NCBI GenBank assembly: GCA_963691875.1
Contig: OY829846.1
Span: 224,001 to 288,000, forward strand
Direction of reading: 5' to 3'
Source of the DNA: Aureliella sp.
GTDB lineage: Bacteria; Planctomycetota; Planctomycetia; Pirellulales; Pirellulaceae
DNA: 64,000 bases
Shown piece by piece: positions 19,887 through 31,131 of this stretch (within the stretch, counting starts at the first letter, position 1; each line of letters begins with the position of its first letter). The translations under genes and the position numbers were made by a program. Below the pieces are notes generated by a model. It was not told where the DNA came from. It saw only the letters and a program-made list of their open reading frames with translations, and did not search any database.

Positions 19887-21280
19887 TTCTGCATCACTTC
19901 TTCTGACCAATGTTCATGGAGACGTTGCAATTGCTTCACAAGCTCGGGTTGCTCACTGGCGTAGTCTTTCGTTTCAGGCCGTTCATCGGATAAATTATGC
20001 AAAGTAAGCCGAGCGGCGGGATTCGGATTCGCGGCAGTCTTTCTTCCTGTTTCACCAATCAATTTCCAGTGACCTTCTCGAACCGCCCATTTGTTGGACC
20101 ATTGAAAGTGCAAGACAGGATGAGCGCTGGGGGCTGTTGAATCTTGAATCACGGGTAACATGCTGCGTCCATCGAGTTCATGATCGGGTTTGGAGATGTC
20201 GGCAAGTTCAAGCACTGTTGGTAGCCAATCCATCACCGTGACCGTCTGATCACGAACTTCTGTAGTTGGAAGTGCCTTGGGAAAACTGATGATGGCAGGT
20301 ACGCGTATACCACCCTCGAAAAAGTTGCCCTTGTGGCCAATCCACTTGCCAGTGTTTCCGCCGCCACCATGCGCACTGTAATAGTGCCCTTTGGGATAAC
20401 CACTGATATGGTTCTCTGTGCTTATCCGACTACCTTCCTCTGTGGAGTGCCCATTGTCGCTCATGAAGATGATGATCGTATCGTCACGCTCGCTGATGGA
20501 TTCCAATTTTGCGATGATTTGCCCGATGTGATCGTCGACAGAGGAAACAACGCGAGCGTAAGATTGTCGCGGCATTGGTAGATCGCTGTAGGCATCCGCG
20601 AACTTGCTCGTCGGCTGCTCTGGATAATGCGGCAAGTTAAAGGAAACCATCATCAAGAATGGCTTTTCCCGGGGGTGTTCCAAGTACTTTAGTACCTGAC
20701 CGACCAGCAAGTCAGGATAATATTCGTCCTTCCGAAAGATTTCCTTGCCGTCATCTTGCAAATCGTGATAGCCGTTTCCGTGCAGGAAGCAGTGGCGATA
20801 GTTGTCGATAAAGCCTGCGTAGTGCCCAAAGAACCGATCAAAACCCTGCTCCAGTGGCCCGTGTCCTTGCTTGGCACCAAGATGCCATTTGCCAAACAGG
20901 GCAGTGTCGTAGCCCTCCGCTTTCAGGATCTCCGCGATCGTCAGTTCTTCCGCAGCCATATTCGTATTACGTTTGTCGCTGCCGTTGCGGTCGCCTTGCG
21001 TCCAGTTGTTAACTCCGCTTCTCTGCGGATGCCGTCCCGTCATCAGGCCAGCTCGTGATGGGCAGCACAGCGCATGTGCGTAAGCTTGTGTGAATCGAAT
21101 TCCTTGTTTTGCTAAGCGATCAATGTTCGGCGTCTGAAGATCCGTAGAGCCGTAACAATTGGCGTCCAGCGTTCCTTGGTCGTCGGTGAACAGGATTAGC
21201 ACGTTTGGCTTTTCTGCAGCTTCAGCTCTTAGGAAGCCAAAGAGGACAAATGCAACAAAAAGCCAGATCTTAAAAGACAT
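19883..21280 (-). CDS. Arylsulfatase A-like sulfatase
   Basis: Signal peptide, PNVLILFTDDQG, CCPSR, GKWHLG, SDNG, EGGIRVP. Confidence 0.95.
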   Translation of the reverse strand: MSFKIWLFVAFVLFGFLRAEAAEKPNVLILFTDDQGTLDANCYGSTDLQTPNIDRLAKQGIRFTQAYAHALCCPSRAGLMTGRHPQRSGVNNWTQGDRNGSDKRNTNMAAEELTIAEILKAEGYDTALFGKWHLGAKQGHGPLEQGFDRFFGHYAGFIDNYRHCFLHGNGYHDLQDDGKEIFRKDEYYPDLLVGQVLKYLEHPREKPFLMMVSFNLPHYPEQPTSKFADAYSDLPMPRQSYARVVSSVDDHIGQIIAKLESISERDDTIIIFMSDNGHSTEEGSRISTENHISGYPKGHYYSAHGGGGNTGKWIGHKGNFFEGGIRVPAIISFPKALPTTEVRDQTVTVMDWLPTVLELADISKPDHELDGRSMLPVIQDSTAPSAHPVLHFQWSNKWAVREGHWKLIGETGRKTAANPNPAARLTLHNLSDERPETKDYASEQPELVKQLQRLHEHWSEEVMQK

Positions 21281-21400
21281 CGGGGGAAAGCTTTGAGGTA
21301 CCGGTATGTTGGGTTTAGATTGACTTGGTTTTAACAGCTTAGCAGAACGTCCATCAGATTGGCCGATGTCAACTTCGAGTAAGAAAAGTTACGGCACTTG

Positions 21401-21420
21401 CCTGCCTATCGTTAGGTAGG
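21401..21420. promoter_or_regulatory. Putative TetR operator palindrome
   Basis: CCTGCCTA-TCGT-TAGGTAGG inverted repeat 5 nt upstream of the TetR remnant ATG at 21426. Confidence 0.55.
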
Positions 21421-21425
21421 TATTC

Positions 21426-22040
21426 ATGCGGGTAACCCAATGGGTGAGATCGCCGGAATTGACGAGATGCCTGTCCAAGATACCTAAGAAAAGTTGCTCG
21501 ATGTGGCCTGAGAGGTGATATGGTTCCGTGGGCATAACGGGAGGAGTTCGTGAAGATCTGAGTGACTCAGTCGGGATTCGCAAGGCCAGCCTCCTCTATC
21601 ATTTTGCCAGCAAAATCCAAATGGTCGATGCGTTGCAGAGGCAATACTTAGACGAGTTTGGCCGACAGCCCGACGGGATCTTGTCGATTAAGACGAGCGG
21701 CAGAGAAAAAGCTTCGGCGTAACTGCAATCTGTTTGTGGAGACTCTTAATGTAGGTCAGCACTACATGGGGTGTGTTGGCCGGATGGCAATGGCGGAACT
21801 GCTCAGTCGCGACGAGTCGGACAAGCACAATGTCACGAGTTTTTTGCAAGCCAATCGGTTTGTGTTGGAACCAAACATGGTTGAAGGCATCAAGTATGGT
21901 TCCTTGAAGTCCTCAACCTCCGTGAAGGCAACGCCGAGGATGATCCTGGCCACGTTATAGAGTGGACTGCTCGTCGCTCGTTGTGACGGCGGCCCGACAC
22001 AATTGTAAGAGATCGCGACGCAAATCATTCGGTTGCTGGC
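21426..22040 (+). pseudogene. TetR/AcrR-family regulator remnant
   Basis: EDLSDSVGIRKASLLYHFASK HTH segment; later frames give GCVGRMAMAEL and MILATL* fragments; multiple frameshifts and stops. Confidence 0.75.
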
Positions 22041-22119
22041 GGCATCATTCAATCATCAAATTATTAGCCAGAGTACCTACCCTCACGTACTTAGGTACTC
22101 AAGGCTTAGCTATAGCAAT

Positions 22120-22249
22120 TCAACTTGGAATCGTCGTCGGTGGATCAAAGAGAATGGGCTCGGGGTCTGCGAAAGAGATTCTGCAGCAAGGCGTGGATGT
22201 ATTGTTGATAGCCAGTAGCGAAGAAAAACTCCTGGCGGCAAATCGCTAG
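22120..22249 (+). pseudogene. Short-chain dehydrogenase (SDR) N-terminal remnant
   Basis: GIVVGGSKRMGSGSAKEILQQGVDVLLIASSEEKL resembles the SDR GGSxGxG start; truncated. Confidence 0.6.
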
Positions 22250-22935
22250 CCTCATATCTAATTGTGGTAGGGTCCGGCAAATACATTGGCCAAGATATCA
22301 TTTAGTCTCCTGCGCACAGCGGGCAGTAACCCGGATATCCAAGCAGAAGACCGTTTCTTTCCTCTTTCTGCCGAGCTATCCCGATGCTTACTTACCTTCC
22401 TTCTGCCACTGCTGCTTGTGTCGACAAGTCTTGTGCCGCCGAGCACGCCGGTCACCAACTTCCTGACCAAGGATGACTCCAAGACTCCCCTAGCACGACA
22501 GGCCTTCGTAGCGTCTCAGGCGGATGGTGGATTCCGTCAGATTTCCGTCCTTGCCCGGCAAACTCCGTAGGTCGCCAGACCTGGTGACTATGTTTTGACT
22601 TACTATGCTGGCGAGCAACTGATGACGACGCTCGATTTCACGATCGAGGCGGAAAGTAACGGCGACGAATTCCAGCCGAAGACACATACGGTACCTACTG
22701 CATTGTCCTTCGCAAAAACAAGGAACGCTACGGAAATTGGCCCTTCGAAGCGCAGGACAGTTGACCGCAGCTTCATGCACGCCAAGCCGGGAGCTACGCA
22801 CCGCGGAGCGGCCACATCGTTGCACCCGCCTCTGGAGCCTCGGCCTGGAGCCAGTTCGCTGCAATAGGGAACAGAGCTATACTGATAGGTTGACCCTAGT
22901 ATTAGTCTCTCATTCGCTCTTGTTCAGGCTTCCCG

Positions 22936-24783
22936 TTGATGTCCATCACGTTTCGAATCCCGGTTTTAGCTCTTCTGTTTTCCGGCCTGTTGCGGATGGA
23001 TTTAGCGGCGCAAGAGCTTCCCCATTCTTTCGCAAGACCCGATCAAGTTGTGGTGAAGCACTTGCACCTCGACCTTAGCGTTGACTTCGAAGAGAAACGA
23101 TTAGCCGGGGCGGCGACTTTGACCGTCGAGCGAAGGGAAAAGGCCGTGAATCAGCTGCGTTTGGATACGCGCGGTCTTGATATCAAAGCAGTTTCTTGCG
23201 GCGAAGCGGAGCTCGATTGGGCTCTCGGCGAAGAGGACGCCCAACTCGGGAAAGTTCTGACGATCACCCTGCCGAAGTATGATTCGCTAAGTAGTGATCG
23301 CATCAAGATCGAATATGCAACTCGACCGTCTGCAGAAGCTCTGCAATGGCTGACTCCGGAGCAAACAACTGACAAACAGTATCCCTTTCTGTTTACCCAG
23401 TCGCAAGCGATCCTAGCGCGTACTTGGGTGCCCTGTCAGGATACGCCTGCCGTGCGAATGACTTACTCTGCGAAGATTAAGGTACCGGCAGAACTAATGG
23501 CCGTGATGAGCGCATCGAATCCGCAGGAGAAGAATGCTTCTGGATTCTATGAGTTCGAGATGAAACAGCCGATCCCTTCTTACTTGCTCGCAATGGCAGT
23601 CGGCGATTTGCAATTTCGAGAACTTGGGCCGCGAAGTGGTGTTTACTGCGAGCCTTCGGTTTTGAAGAGAGCCGAGTGGGAACTAGCGGATACGGAGCGA
23701 ATGATTGAAGCAGCGGAAGAACTGTACGGCGAGTATCGTTGGGATCGCTATGATGTGATCTTCTTGCCTTCTAGCTTTCCATTCGGCGGCATGGAGAACC
23801 CGCGTCTTACGTTTGCAACTCCGACGATCTTGGCGGGTGATCGATCGCTAGTCGCGCTCATTGCGCATGAACTTGCTCACTCTTGGTCCGGAAACTTGGT
23901 AACCAATTCGACTTGGAACGACTTCTGGTTGAACGAAGGATTCACGGTTTACTTTGAGCAGCGAATCATGGAAGCCATCTATGGTCGGCAGTATTCCGAG
24001 ATGCTGGCACGATTGACGCTCGACGGCTTGTTAGCTGAACTCACGGAGCTCGACGAGCGTGATACTTGGTTGAAACTCGACTTGGCTAATCGCAATCCTG
24101 ATGATGGGATGACGGCCGTAGCCTACGACAAGGGGTACTTTTTTCTGCGGATGCTTGAGGAGGAAGTGGGCCGGGAGAAATGGGATGCTTTTCTTAAGCA
24201 ATACTTCCAGAAGTTTGCTTTTCAAAGCATGACAACCGAAGGTTTCCTGCAATACCTCGAAGCTAACCTGGATGCTGGTATCAACTTGAATGCTTGGGTT
24301 TACTCAGCCGGCCTACCCGACAATTGTCCGGAAGTCAAAACAGACGAGTTGGCGACGGTTGCCCAGGCCGCCAAAGACTTTCTTGGCGGCCAAAGTGCCG
24401 AGCGAATTCAATCCTCTTACGAGACGGCAGATTGGACCACGCATCACTGGAATCACTTTTTGCGCTCCTTCAAGACGGTTGACCTGTCCATCGCGCAGAT
24501 GCAAGATCTGGATGCCGTTTTCAAGTTCAGTAAATCCGGTAATTCCGAGATCACGCATGACTGGTTGTGGTTGGTGATTGATGCAGAGTACGAGCCAGCT
24601 TACTTAAGACTGGAGTCATTCTTGACCAGTCAAGGTCGCCGTAAATTTTTACAACCTCTGTATCAGAAGCTTGCCGAAACCGAAGAGGGACTGATCCGTG
24701 CGAAAGAGATCTACACAATTGCTCGTCCTGGCTATCACTCGGTTTCTAGTTCTACGATCGATGGAATCCTGGGAGTTGAATAG
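22936..24783 (+). CDS. M1 aminopeptidase, leukotriene A4 hydrolase-like
   Basis: Signal peptide, FTQSQAI.AR, PFGGMENP, HELAHSWSGN..WLNEG, AYDKG, GRRKF..PLY. Confidence 0.96.
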   Translation: MMSITFRIPVLALLFSGLLRMDLAAQELPHSFARPDQVVVKHLHLDLSVDFEEKRLAGAATLTVERREKAVNQLRLDTRGLDIKAVSCGEAELDWALGEEDAQLGKVLTITLPKYDSLSSDRIKIEYATRPSAEALQWLTPEQTTDKQYPFLFTQSQAILARTWVPCQDTPAVRMTYSAKIKVPAELMAVMSASNPQEKNASGFYEFEMKQPIPSYLLAMAVGDLQFRELGPRSGVYCEPSVLKRAEWELADTERMIEAAEELYGEYRWDRYDVIFLPSSFPFGGMENPRLTFATPTILAGDRSLVALIAHELAHSWSGNLVTNSTWNDFWLNEGFTVYFEQRIMEAIYGRQYSEMLARLTLDGLLAELTELDERDTWLKLDLANRNPDDGMTAVAYDKGYFFLRMLEEEVGREKWDAFLKQYFQKFAFQSMTTEGFLQYLEANLDAGINLNAWVYSAGLPDNCPEVKTDELATVAQAAKDFLGGQSAERIQSSYETADWTTHHWNHFLRSFKTVDLSIAQMQDLDAVFKFSKSGNSEITHDWLWLVIDAEYEPAYLRLESFLTSQGRRKFLQPLYQKLAETEEGLIRAKEIYTIARPGYHSVSSSTIDGILGVE

Positions 24784-25209
24784 TTAGATCGCAAAGCGCG
24801 ATTGATCTAAGCTTTGTCTGCCAGAAGTTGCACATTAACAGTTGCTCATCCAGCTGACTGTTGGGGAGGTGCTCGAATCGGAATGCCATTTCCGCTCGGC
24901 TAACAAGACGCGTCGAAGTTGTCGCAGCAAAACGAAATGTTTTGAATTATTTGTTTACACGCGAAGTAATTCGCTCGAAGGCCAAGGAACCAGCGGAACT
25001 TAGCTGTATCGTTGGTGTGGAGATTATCTCGCCAACCCCATGAGCAGGTGAAATATCAGGTGGGCGTTGGGTGAAACTCCAATTTGCATTGGTAAAAGCG
25101 GTTGCAGATTCTCGCGTCACAGCTTAACGATTAAACTGTTCGGTGCTATTCGATTGGCCTTTTGTGTCTCTCAAGCTTTGATATCCAACTCGTCAGGTCC
25201 AAAAACATA

Positions 25210-26040
25210 ATGTTCATTCGTTGCCCTTGGGTCCTTCTCGCCATCTTTCCCCTGTCTGGTTGGATCTGCAACGTCCAAGAGGCAAAGCTGTTATTCGAAG
25301 ACGATTTTGATCGAAACGAATCGCAGGAAGTCAAAGAGGAGCTTGGCGGTCGTTGGAGTACCAACAGTGAGAAAAGGGCGCACGGCAACAAGCAGTGTGA
25401 CTTGAAGGATGACGCACTTTTTCTGACACGTCACAAAACAGCTGATCACGGCGTGTCGTTAGTCCACCCCGCAAAATATGGCGATTGCCGCGTCCAGCTT
25501 AAGTTTCGTATTGATGACAAGCGGGATGATTTCGGAATTGACTTTGCCGATACGGGCTGCAAAGAAGTTCATGCGGGGCATATTTGTAAAGTGATCTTTC
25601 GTCCTTCTGTTGTAGAGATTTTCGATTTTAAGAATGGCAGAATGAAAAAGACTTTTCGCGATGCCGTTAAGGCGAACAATGCCACCGATGAGCAGATGGC
25701 CGCGGTGGCGAAGTGGCAGCGCAAGTTTGACGCTCCCGTTTCACGGGGAAAGTGGCATGACGCGATTGTTACCATTCGACGCGGCGAAATGGTCGTCGAG
25801 TTGGATGGGAAGCAGATAGGAGCATTTAAGTCACCTGGAATGGCTCACCCTGAGATGAATCTTATTCGCTTCTCGGCACGAAGACAGGCCGGAATGGATG
25901 ACGTGAAGATGTATTCGCTGGAGCAAAAGCGAGATGCTAGATCATCGAGACGGCTGCTTGACGTTTCTGTCGCCTCTACTCACCAGATGGCAGGCTCGAG
26001 TGTGGTGTTTTGCGTTGCTGTGGTGGCAGTGCGAGGGTGA
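25210..26040 (+). CDS. Secreted concanavalin-like (LamG/DUF1080-like) hypothetical protein
   Basis: Hydrophobic N-terminus, LLFEDDFDR, W.TNS, VHAGHIC, GKWH..V.I.G..V.LDG, F.SPG.AHP. The C-terminal tail may be a read-through extension. Confidence 0.7.
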   Translation: MFIRCPWVLLAIFPLSGWICNVQEAKLLFEDDFDRNESQEVKEELGGRWSTNSEKRAHGNKQCDLKDDALFLTRHKTADHGVSLVHPAKYGDCRVQLKFRIDDKRDDFGIDFADTGCKEVHAGHICKVIFRPSVVEIFDFKNGRMKKTFRDAVKANNATDEQMAAVAKWQRKFDAPVSRGKWHDAIVTIRRGEMVVELDGKQIGAFKSPGMAHPEMNLIRFSARRQAGMDDVKMYSLEQKRDARSSRRLLDVSVASTHQMAGSSVVFCVAVVAVRG

Positions 26041-26139
26041 CTTTGTAGCTGTCCCTGTGGTCATTGCGGCGACTGCTTGAGCGGTTGTGAACATGCTAGG
26101 CGAAAGCTCGATTCCCTCAATCAAGACATTCTCCTGATG

Positions 26140-26650
26140 CCCGTCCTTTTTTTTCCCTTGTATTGGTTTGGAAACGCCATTGCCCGAACGGCTGGGCATT
26201 TTCAACTTTTCGATCATCAACTCATGCACCTTCACTCCTTGTGCAATGAGCATATGGCCTTTTCTATCTAGTACGGGCTTCGCGAAAATCGTTCCTTCAG
26301 TGATTTGAGCGACCGACGACTCTATCAACCATCAACTGTCACTTGCAATCACTTTGGACAAAGTGCGAACGACGTTATGATCGTATTCTGGGCTGTTCTC
26401 TAGAATTTCCAGCGCCTCTCTTGGGGAAAGGCTGGAGCTGTATCTTTGGTAGTCCCCAATCGCTCGCAGGATGCGAGAAGCGCGCGGTGTCGGATCCTTA
26501 ATGGGAACGCACTGATGTTGCACAATCTTGCCGATAGGTTCCAACCGAGGAATTTCTGAGATGAGTTTGTTTGCGAGCTGAGGCGTCTCTGAACCTGCCA
26601 ATCCCGGAACGCTTGGTTTAACTTCGAGTTCAATTCCTGTTCCGAACAAT
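26140..26650 (-). pseudogene. C-terminal remnant of an HD-domain (HD-GYP-like) response regulator
   Basis: LISEIPRLEPIGKIVQHQ...RASRILR...EALEIL...YDHNVV, in-frame TGA at 26332-34, then AQITEGTIFAKPVLDRKGHMLIAQG.KV.E.MIEKL. No N-terminal half present. Confidence 0.6.
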
Positions 26651-27623
26651 CGATATCAAGACAGTCATCGAATTCTACTTCGAAGGCGAACTGAAAAGTT
26701 GGAAGATCCGAACGATCGAAAACATTCAAGATACTTTCGCAATAGTTCTGTAGCTCGGCAACTGAGTTCTCATTCCATGTGTTCCCCATATTCCAGAAAC
26801 ACACACGACGGGAAAGTCTTATACGCATGGTTGCGACTTTACGAATGCCGGTCTTCTTCCGTCACACTCGCTTCGGGGGAGTTTGGATGGTCGGTCTTGC
26901 GACCGATGATAGTCATTGATGGCCTAGAGCGATAAGACCTGCATGGTTCTGCCCAGTGTTTCCTAAAGTTCGCCTACGGATGTGCTCCTGAAACATAGAA
27001 ACGAGATGAGCTAGCTGACTTGCTCACGCGGATGCCGAGCAAGCACAATAAGTCGCCAACACAGGGCAACGAACCACGTCCTGCTTTAGATCTATTACCG
27101 CCTAGATCTTCCCCAAGCTGATCTGCAGAGACAAAGGTGAGAGTGTACTTCACATACAGTGTCTTGTGAGTGTGCCCGATAAATGAAAGTTTTCACGCTT
27201 GTGAATCGGCCTACTGTAAATCTTGCGTCATTTTCCTTGTTGGTGGCGAGGCAATCCCTTAGGAGTCGATTCGTAGATCCGTACATCGTTTCAGATGCAG
27301 TACCTGAAATGAATTTGACACCTCATTGAACTAACGGATCAGACGGAATGATGCATAGGAGTGTTCGAGGGTACCTGGCGAGAATGCAGCAATTTAGTCG
27401 TGTTTACGCGCAGCAGTAAACGCCTTTGCTGGCCATCGTTTAGGCCCGACAAGAAAAACTACGGCAGGTCTGTAAAAAGTTGGTTGGACAGGCTTGGGCT
27501 TCTTTGCAAGAAAGGACTCCTCGTTAGTCCAACATTCCTGGCTTATCGCAAGAAATGAATCTTCTTGATTACAATGAAGATTTTTAAAATTGAACTCGCT
27601 CAATATGCACGGTTGTTAACTTC

Positions 27624-30551
27624 ATGAGTAATGTCTCCAAGAACAAAATTCTCCTCGTCGGATGGGACGCTGCGGATTGGAAGGTTATTGACCAATTGAT
27701 GAATGCGGGCCAAATGCCGGCCCTTAAAGGTTTGATGGAACGGGGAGCAAGCGGTAATCTACGAACGCTGCAGCCTCCATTGTCCCCGATGCTCTGGACC
27801 TCGATCGCGACCGGAAAACGTCCTCATAAGCATGGCATCTACGGATTCACGGAGCCGACCTTTGACGGCAAAGCAATTCAGCCGATGACAAATCTTTCTC
27901 GAAAGAGCAAAGCAGTTTGGAACATCCTGAATCAAAATTCATATCGGTCGCTTGTGGTCGGATGGTGGCCCAGCCACCCTGCTGAGCCAATCAATGGAGT
28001 CATGGTCTCCGACTTGTTTCATAAATCACCTAAGAAACCAGGTGATAATTGGACTCTTCCTTCGGCGAGTGTGCATCCTAGCGAGCGACAAAAAGATCTA
28101 GATGAACTTCGTGTCCACCCAACTGAAATTCGAGCGGATGATATTTTTGCCTTCGCTCCTCATGCAAAAGAGGTGGATCAAGAGAAAGATTCTCGGCTTT
28201 CGTCTTTAATGAAAATCACCGCAGAATGCAGTACAGTCCACAACACTGCAACCCATCTACTGGAAACCGAGGAATGGGATTTTGCTGCGATCTATTACGA
28301 TGCTATCGACCACTACAGCCACGCGTTCATGCGCTACCGCGCACCCCAGCAGGCTCATATTTCTGATAGCGATCATCGAATTTATCGCGATGTCGTGGAC
28401 ATGGGATATCGTCTACACGACATGATGCTACAGCAACTACTTACTTACACCGATGATCAGACCCACGTCTTGATCGTCTCCGATCACGGATTCCACTCCG
28501 ACCACCTACGCCCCGTTCACCTACCAGTCGAGGCCGCCGGTCCTGCGGCCGAACATCGTGACTATGGCATCATCGTTGCCGCTGGGCCTCGGATCAAGGC
28601 TGGCTCAGTCGTCAACGGTGCCAATTTGCTTGACATTACTCCCACACTTCTCGAGTTAGCAGAACTGCCTAGCGGCAGTGATATGGATGGTAAGGTCCTG
28701 ACCGATCTCTTCAAGGATCCTATCTCAACGAATGAAATCGCTACATGGGAAAGCGTATCTGGAGAGACGGGGCAACACGCATCAAGCACGACGCTTACGG
28801 AAGTCGACTCTGAGGCGATGCTAGAACAGCTTGAGGCTTTAGGTTACATCAACCGCCCGAAGGAAGGGTCAAGGGTTGAAGTCGAAGACTGTCAACTCGA
28901 GTTAAAAGTGAATTTAGCTCGAGCTTACATGGATGCGCAGTTGCATGGCGAAGCCGCCCCGATCCTATTTGAGATTTATCAAACATCGCTTTCCGATTTT
29001 CGAGTGGGGCATCTTCTTGCGACCTGCTTTATCGCGTTAAAGCAAACAGACAATCTATCTGCTTTGCTCCATGATATGAACGAGCGCACAAAAAAATACG
29101 CAGAGATTGCACGCAAGCGATTAGAGGAGCTTGATCCGGTTAAAAAAGAAAGAAGTCGATTCCTTGAAAGAGCGGAGGAGGTCGCACAACAGGAAAAAAT
29201 TGACAGTTCATCCACCGATGATGAGTGGAAGCCTCCAGGCCACCAAGGAATTTTCGATCAACGAGAGAAATGGCAAATCCAGCTTTTCGAAGCCTTTGCA
29301 GCGGGGGATAGATCGAAGCTGAGGTACTTTCAGGCATCGCTTCTGACGATGCAAGGGAAACCCGAGGAAGCTATCGCTCTATTAAAAACATCCCAGCACA
29401 CAGCCCAAGATCATATATCTTTCTTCTACCTACTGAGTCAGGCCTACCTCGATTCGGGCGAATTCAAGCATGCGGAAGCGACTTTGCTCCAAGGTTTAGA
29501 GATCGACCCACAGAATCCAGCTTGCTTCATTGCACTCGCTCGCTGCTATGTGAAGCAAAAGCTTCCACAAGATGCCATAAAAGTCGCAAACCGTGCTATC
29601 AAGCTTCAATACTATTTCCCGACAGCTCATTTCTATCTGGGCCGCGCACAAGAGATGCTTGGAGATTACTCTGCAGCAATCGAATCCATGGAAATGGCTA
29701 TCGAGCAGAATCCAAATTTCAAAGAAGCATTTAAAAGCATGGAGCGGATACACAAAAAGGCGGGCACCGTATCGGATGCTGCAGCGAATTGGAAAGAATT
29801 GCGTCAGCAATTCCTCGAAAACCAAAGCCCAGAAATCAAGGCGATCGAAAAGTACGAATTTAAAACGTTCTCAACCGATGAGCTAGACGTTCACCTCGAA
29901 TCATTCGCACAACAGAATGACAAGAATTCAAAATTCGTATCTGCTTTGTGGCGTGGTATCCCTGAGCCCGGAGATAAAGAGAACGGCGAGGAACCAGTGA
30001 TCGTCGTATCCGGCTTGCCTCGGACGGGTACGTCTATGATGATGCAAATGCTCCAAGCTGGAGGACTAACCGCAGTCACCGATGGCAAAAGAGTCCCGGA
30101 TGAGAGTAATCCCCGAGGTTACTTCGAGTCGGAGCTAGTCAAAGATATACAAACTCACAACAAATGGGTTTTTGATTGTGGGGGACGTGTTCTGAAAGTC
30201 GTTTCACCATTATTGCCGTATTTACCGAGTCGCTTGCACTACAAAATAATCTACATGCAGCGCCCTATGCAGCAGGTGTTGAGCTCGCAAACGCAAATGC
30301 TCAAGAAAATGAAACGTCAAACTGGCAAGAGCAGTGAATTGTTGGCTGAGAAATACAACCAACAAGAACGATATGCCGATTGGCTTTTGAAGGTACAGGA
30401 AATACCCACGCTCAAATTGGACTACGCGGAGGTTTTAGCTGACCCTGCGAAAGCCTCTGCGTCTTTGGAAACCTTCTTAGGGCAATCTCTAGACCGAGTT
30501 GCCATGGTAGAACAGGTGAAACCCGATCTACACAGGGAGAAGCAGGAGTAG
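27624..30551 (+). CDS. Fusion: AlkP-superfamily phosphodiesterase-like domain + TPR repeats + sulfotransferase domain
   Basis: LLVGWDAADW, PPLSPMLWTSIATGK, VSDHGF, LDITPT, EQLEALGYI; central TPRs; C-terminal VVSGLPRTGTSMMMQML (PAPS-binding loop) and NPRGYFE. Confidence 0.9.
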   Translation: MSNVSKNKILLVGWDAADWKVIDQLMNAGQMPALKGLMERGASGNLRTLQPPLSPMLWTSIATGKRPHKHGIYGFTEPTFDGKAIQPMTNLSRKSKAVWNILNQNSYRSLVVGWWPSHPAEPINGVMVSDLFHKSPKKPGDNWTLPSASVHPSERQKDLDELRVHPTEIRADDIFAFAPHAKEVDQEKDSRLSSLMKITAECSTVHNTATHLLETEEWDFAAIYYDAIDHYSHAFMRYRAPQQAHISDSDHRIYRDVVDMGYRLHDMMLQQLLTYTDDQTHVLIVSDHGFHSDHLRPVHLPVEAAGPAAEHRDYGIIVAAGPRIKAGSVVNGANLLDITPTLLELAELPSGSDMDGKVLTDLFKDPISTNEIATWESVSGETGQHASSTTLTEVDSEAMLEQLEALGYINRPKEGSRVEVEDCQLELKVNLARAYMDAQLHGEAAPILFEIYQTSLSDFRVGHLLATCFIALKQTDNLSALLHDMNERTKKYAEIARKRLEELDPVKKERSRFLERAEEVAQQEKIDSSSTDDEWKPPGHQGIFDQREKWQIQLFEAFAAGDRSKLRYFQASLLTMQGKPEEAIALLKTSQHTAQDHISFFYLLSQAYLDSGEFKHAEATLLQGLEIDPQNPACFIALARCYVKQKLPQDAIKVANRAIKLQYYFPTAHFYLGRAQEMLGDYSAAIESMEMAIEQNPNFKEAFKSMERIHKKAGTVSDAAANWKELRQQFLENQSPEIKAIEKYEFKTFSTDELDVHLESFAQQNDKNSKFVSALWRGIPEPGDKENGEEPVIVVSGLPRTGTSMMMQMLQAGGLTAVTDGKRVPDESNPRGYFESELVKDIQTHNKWVFDCGGRVLKVVSPLLPYLPSRLHYKIIYMQRPMQQVLSSQTQMLKKMKRQTGKSSELLAEKYNQQERYADWLLKVQEIPTLKLDYAEVLADPAKASASLETFLGQSLDRVAMVEQVKPDLHREKQE

Positions 30552-31009
30552 CTTCTTCTTTCGGCGTGACTTAGCAAGCAGACGTTCGATGGTGGTGTAT
30601 CGAGGTCGAGTCCTTGGGAGTGAGCCCTAAGCAGCATCCGATCCTCACACAATTCGAGCCGGTCGCCTAGATTCGTGAGCTGGTGGATAGGGGCGTTCAT
30701 GATAATGGTTGACACAACACAACTTGCTAATGGCTAACACACCACAACGTGCCCTGCGGGTACAAGTGAGGTCATTTCTGAAGAGAGTTCTATGCAAAAC
30801 TGCTGCAGTAATCGGTCTGGCGTCTGGAGAAAAACATTTATCTCGCCTTAATGTCGTCCCCGAGTTCGCATACGCTTGGCGAAGAAAACCCACTGCTCGG
30901 AAAATGATGTCAAGTTATGCACAGCAATAAGGTGGTAAAAAATCGCGTACTAACCCATATCTTACCCTTTTTGCCAATTTGTCGCGTGGGGGGTTGAGAT
31001 GGATAGCGG

Positions 31010-31081
31010 TGTGGCGTAAAATCGCCAAAATAGCGATGCTGTAGGCGTTAAATCGCCATATGTAGGCGTTAAATCGCCATA
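31010..31081 (+). promoter_or_regulatory. Three operator-like GGCGT(A/T)AAATCGCCA copies, two as an exact 21-bp tandem repeat
   Basis: TGTAGGCGTTAAATCGCCATA at 31040-60 and 31061-81; variant TGGCGTAAAATCGCCA at 31012-27; 50 bp upstream of the PEP-CTERM gene. Confidence 0.65.
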
Positions 31082-31131
31082 TTTTGCTTCAACGTAAAAG
31101 CGTTCCCTTCTGAGCCAAGTGGATAAAACAA

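Noticed and set aside
22286..22867. Read-through gene across TAG 22568-70
   Set aside because: Looks like a fragment of a decayed hypothetical gene without a clear start or family; cannot be supported as functional.
31010..31081. CRISPR array
   Set aside because: Repeats are directly adjacent with no unique spacers, there are only 2-3 copies, and no cas genes are present.
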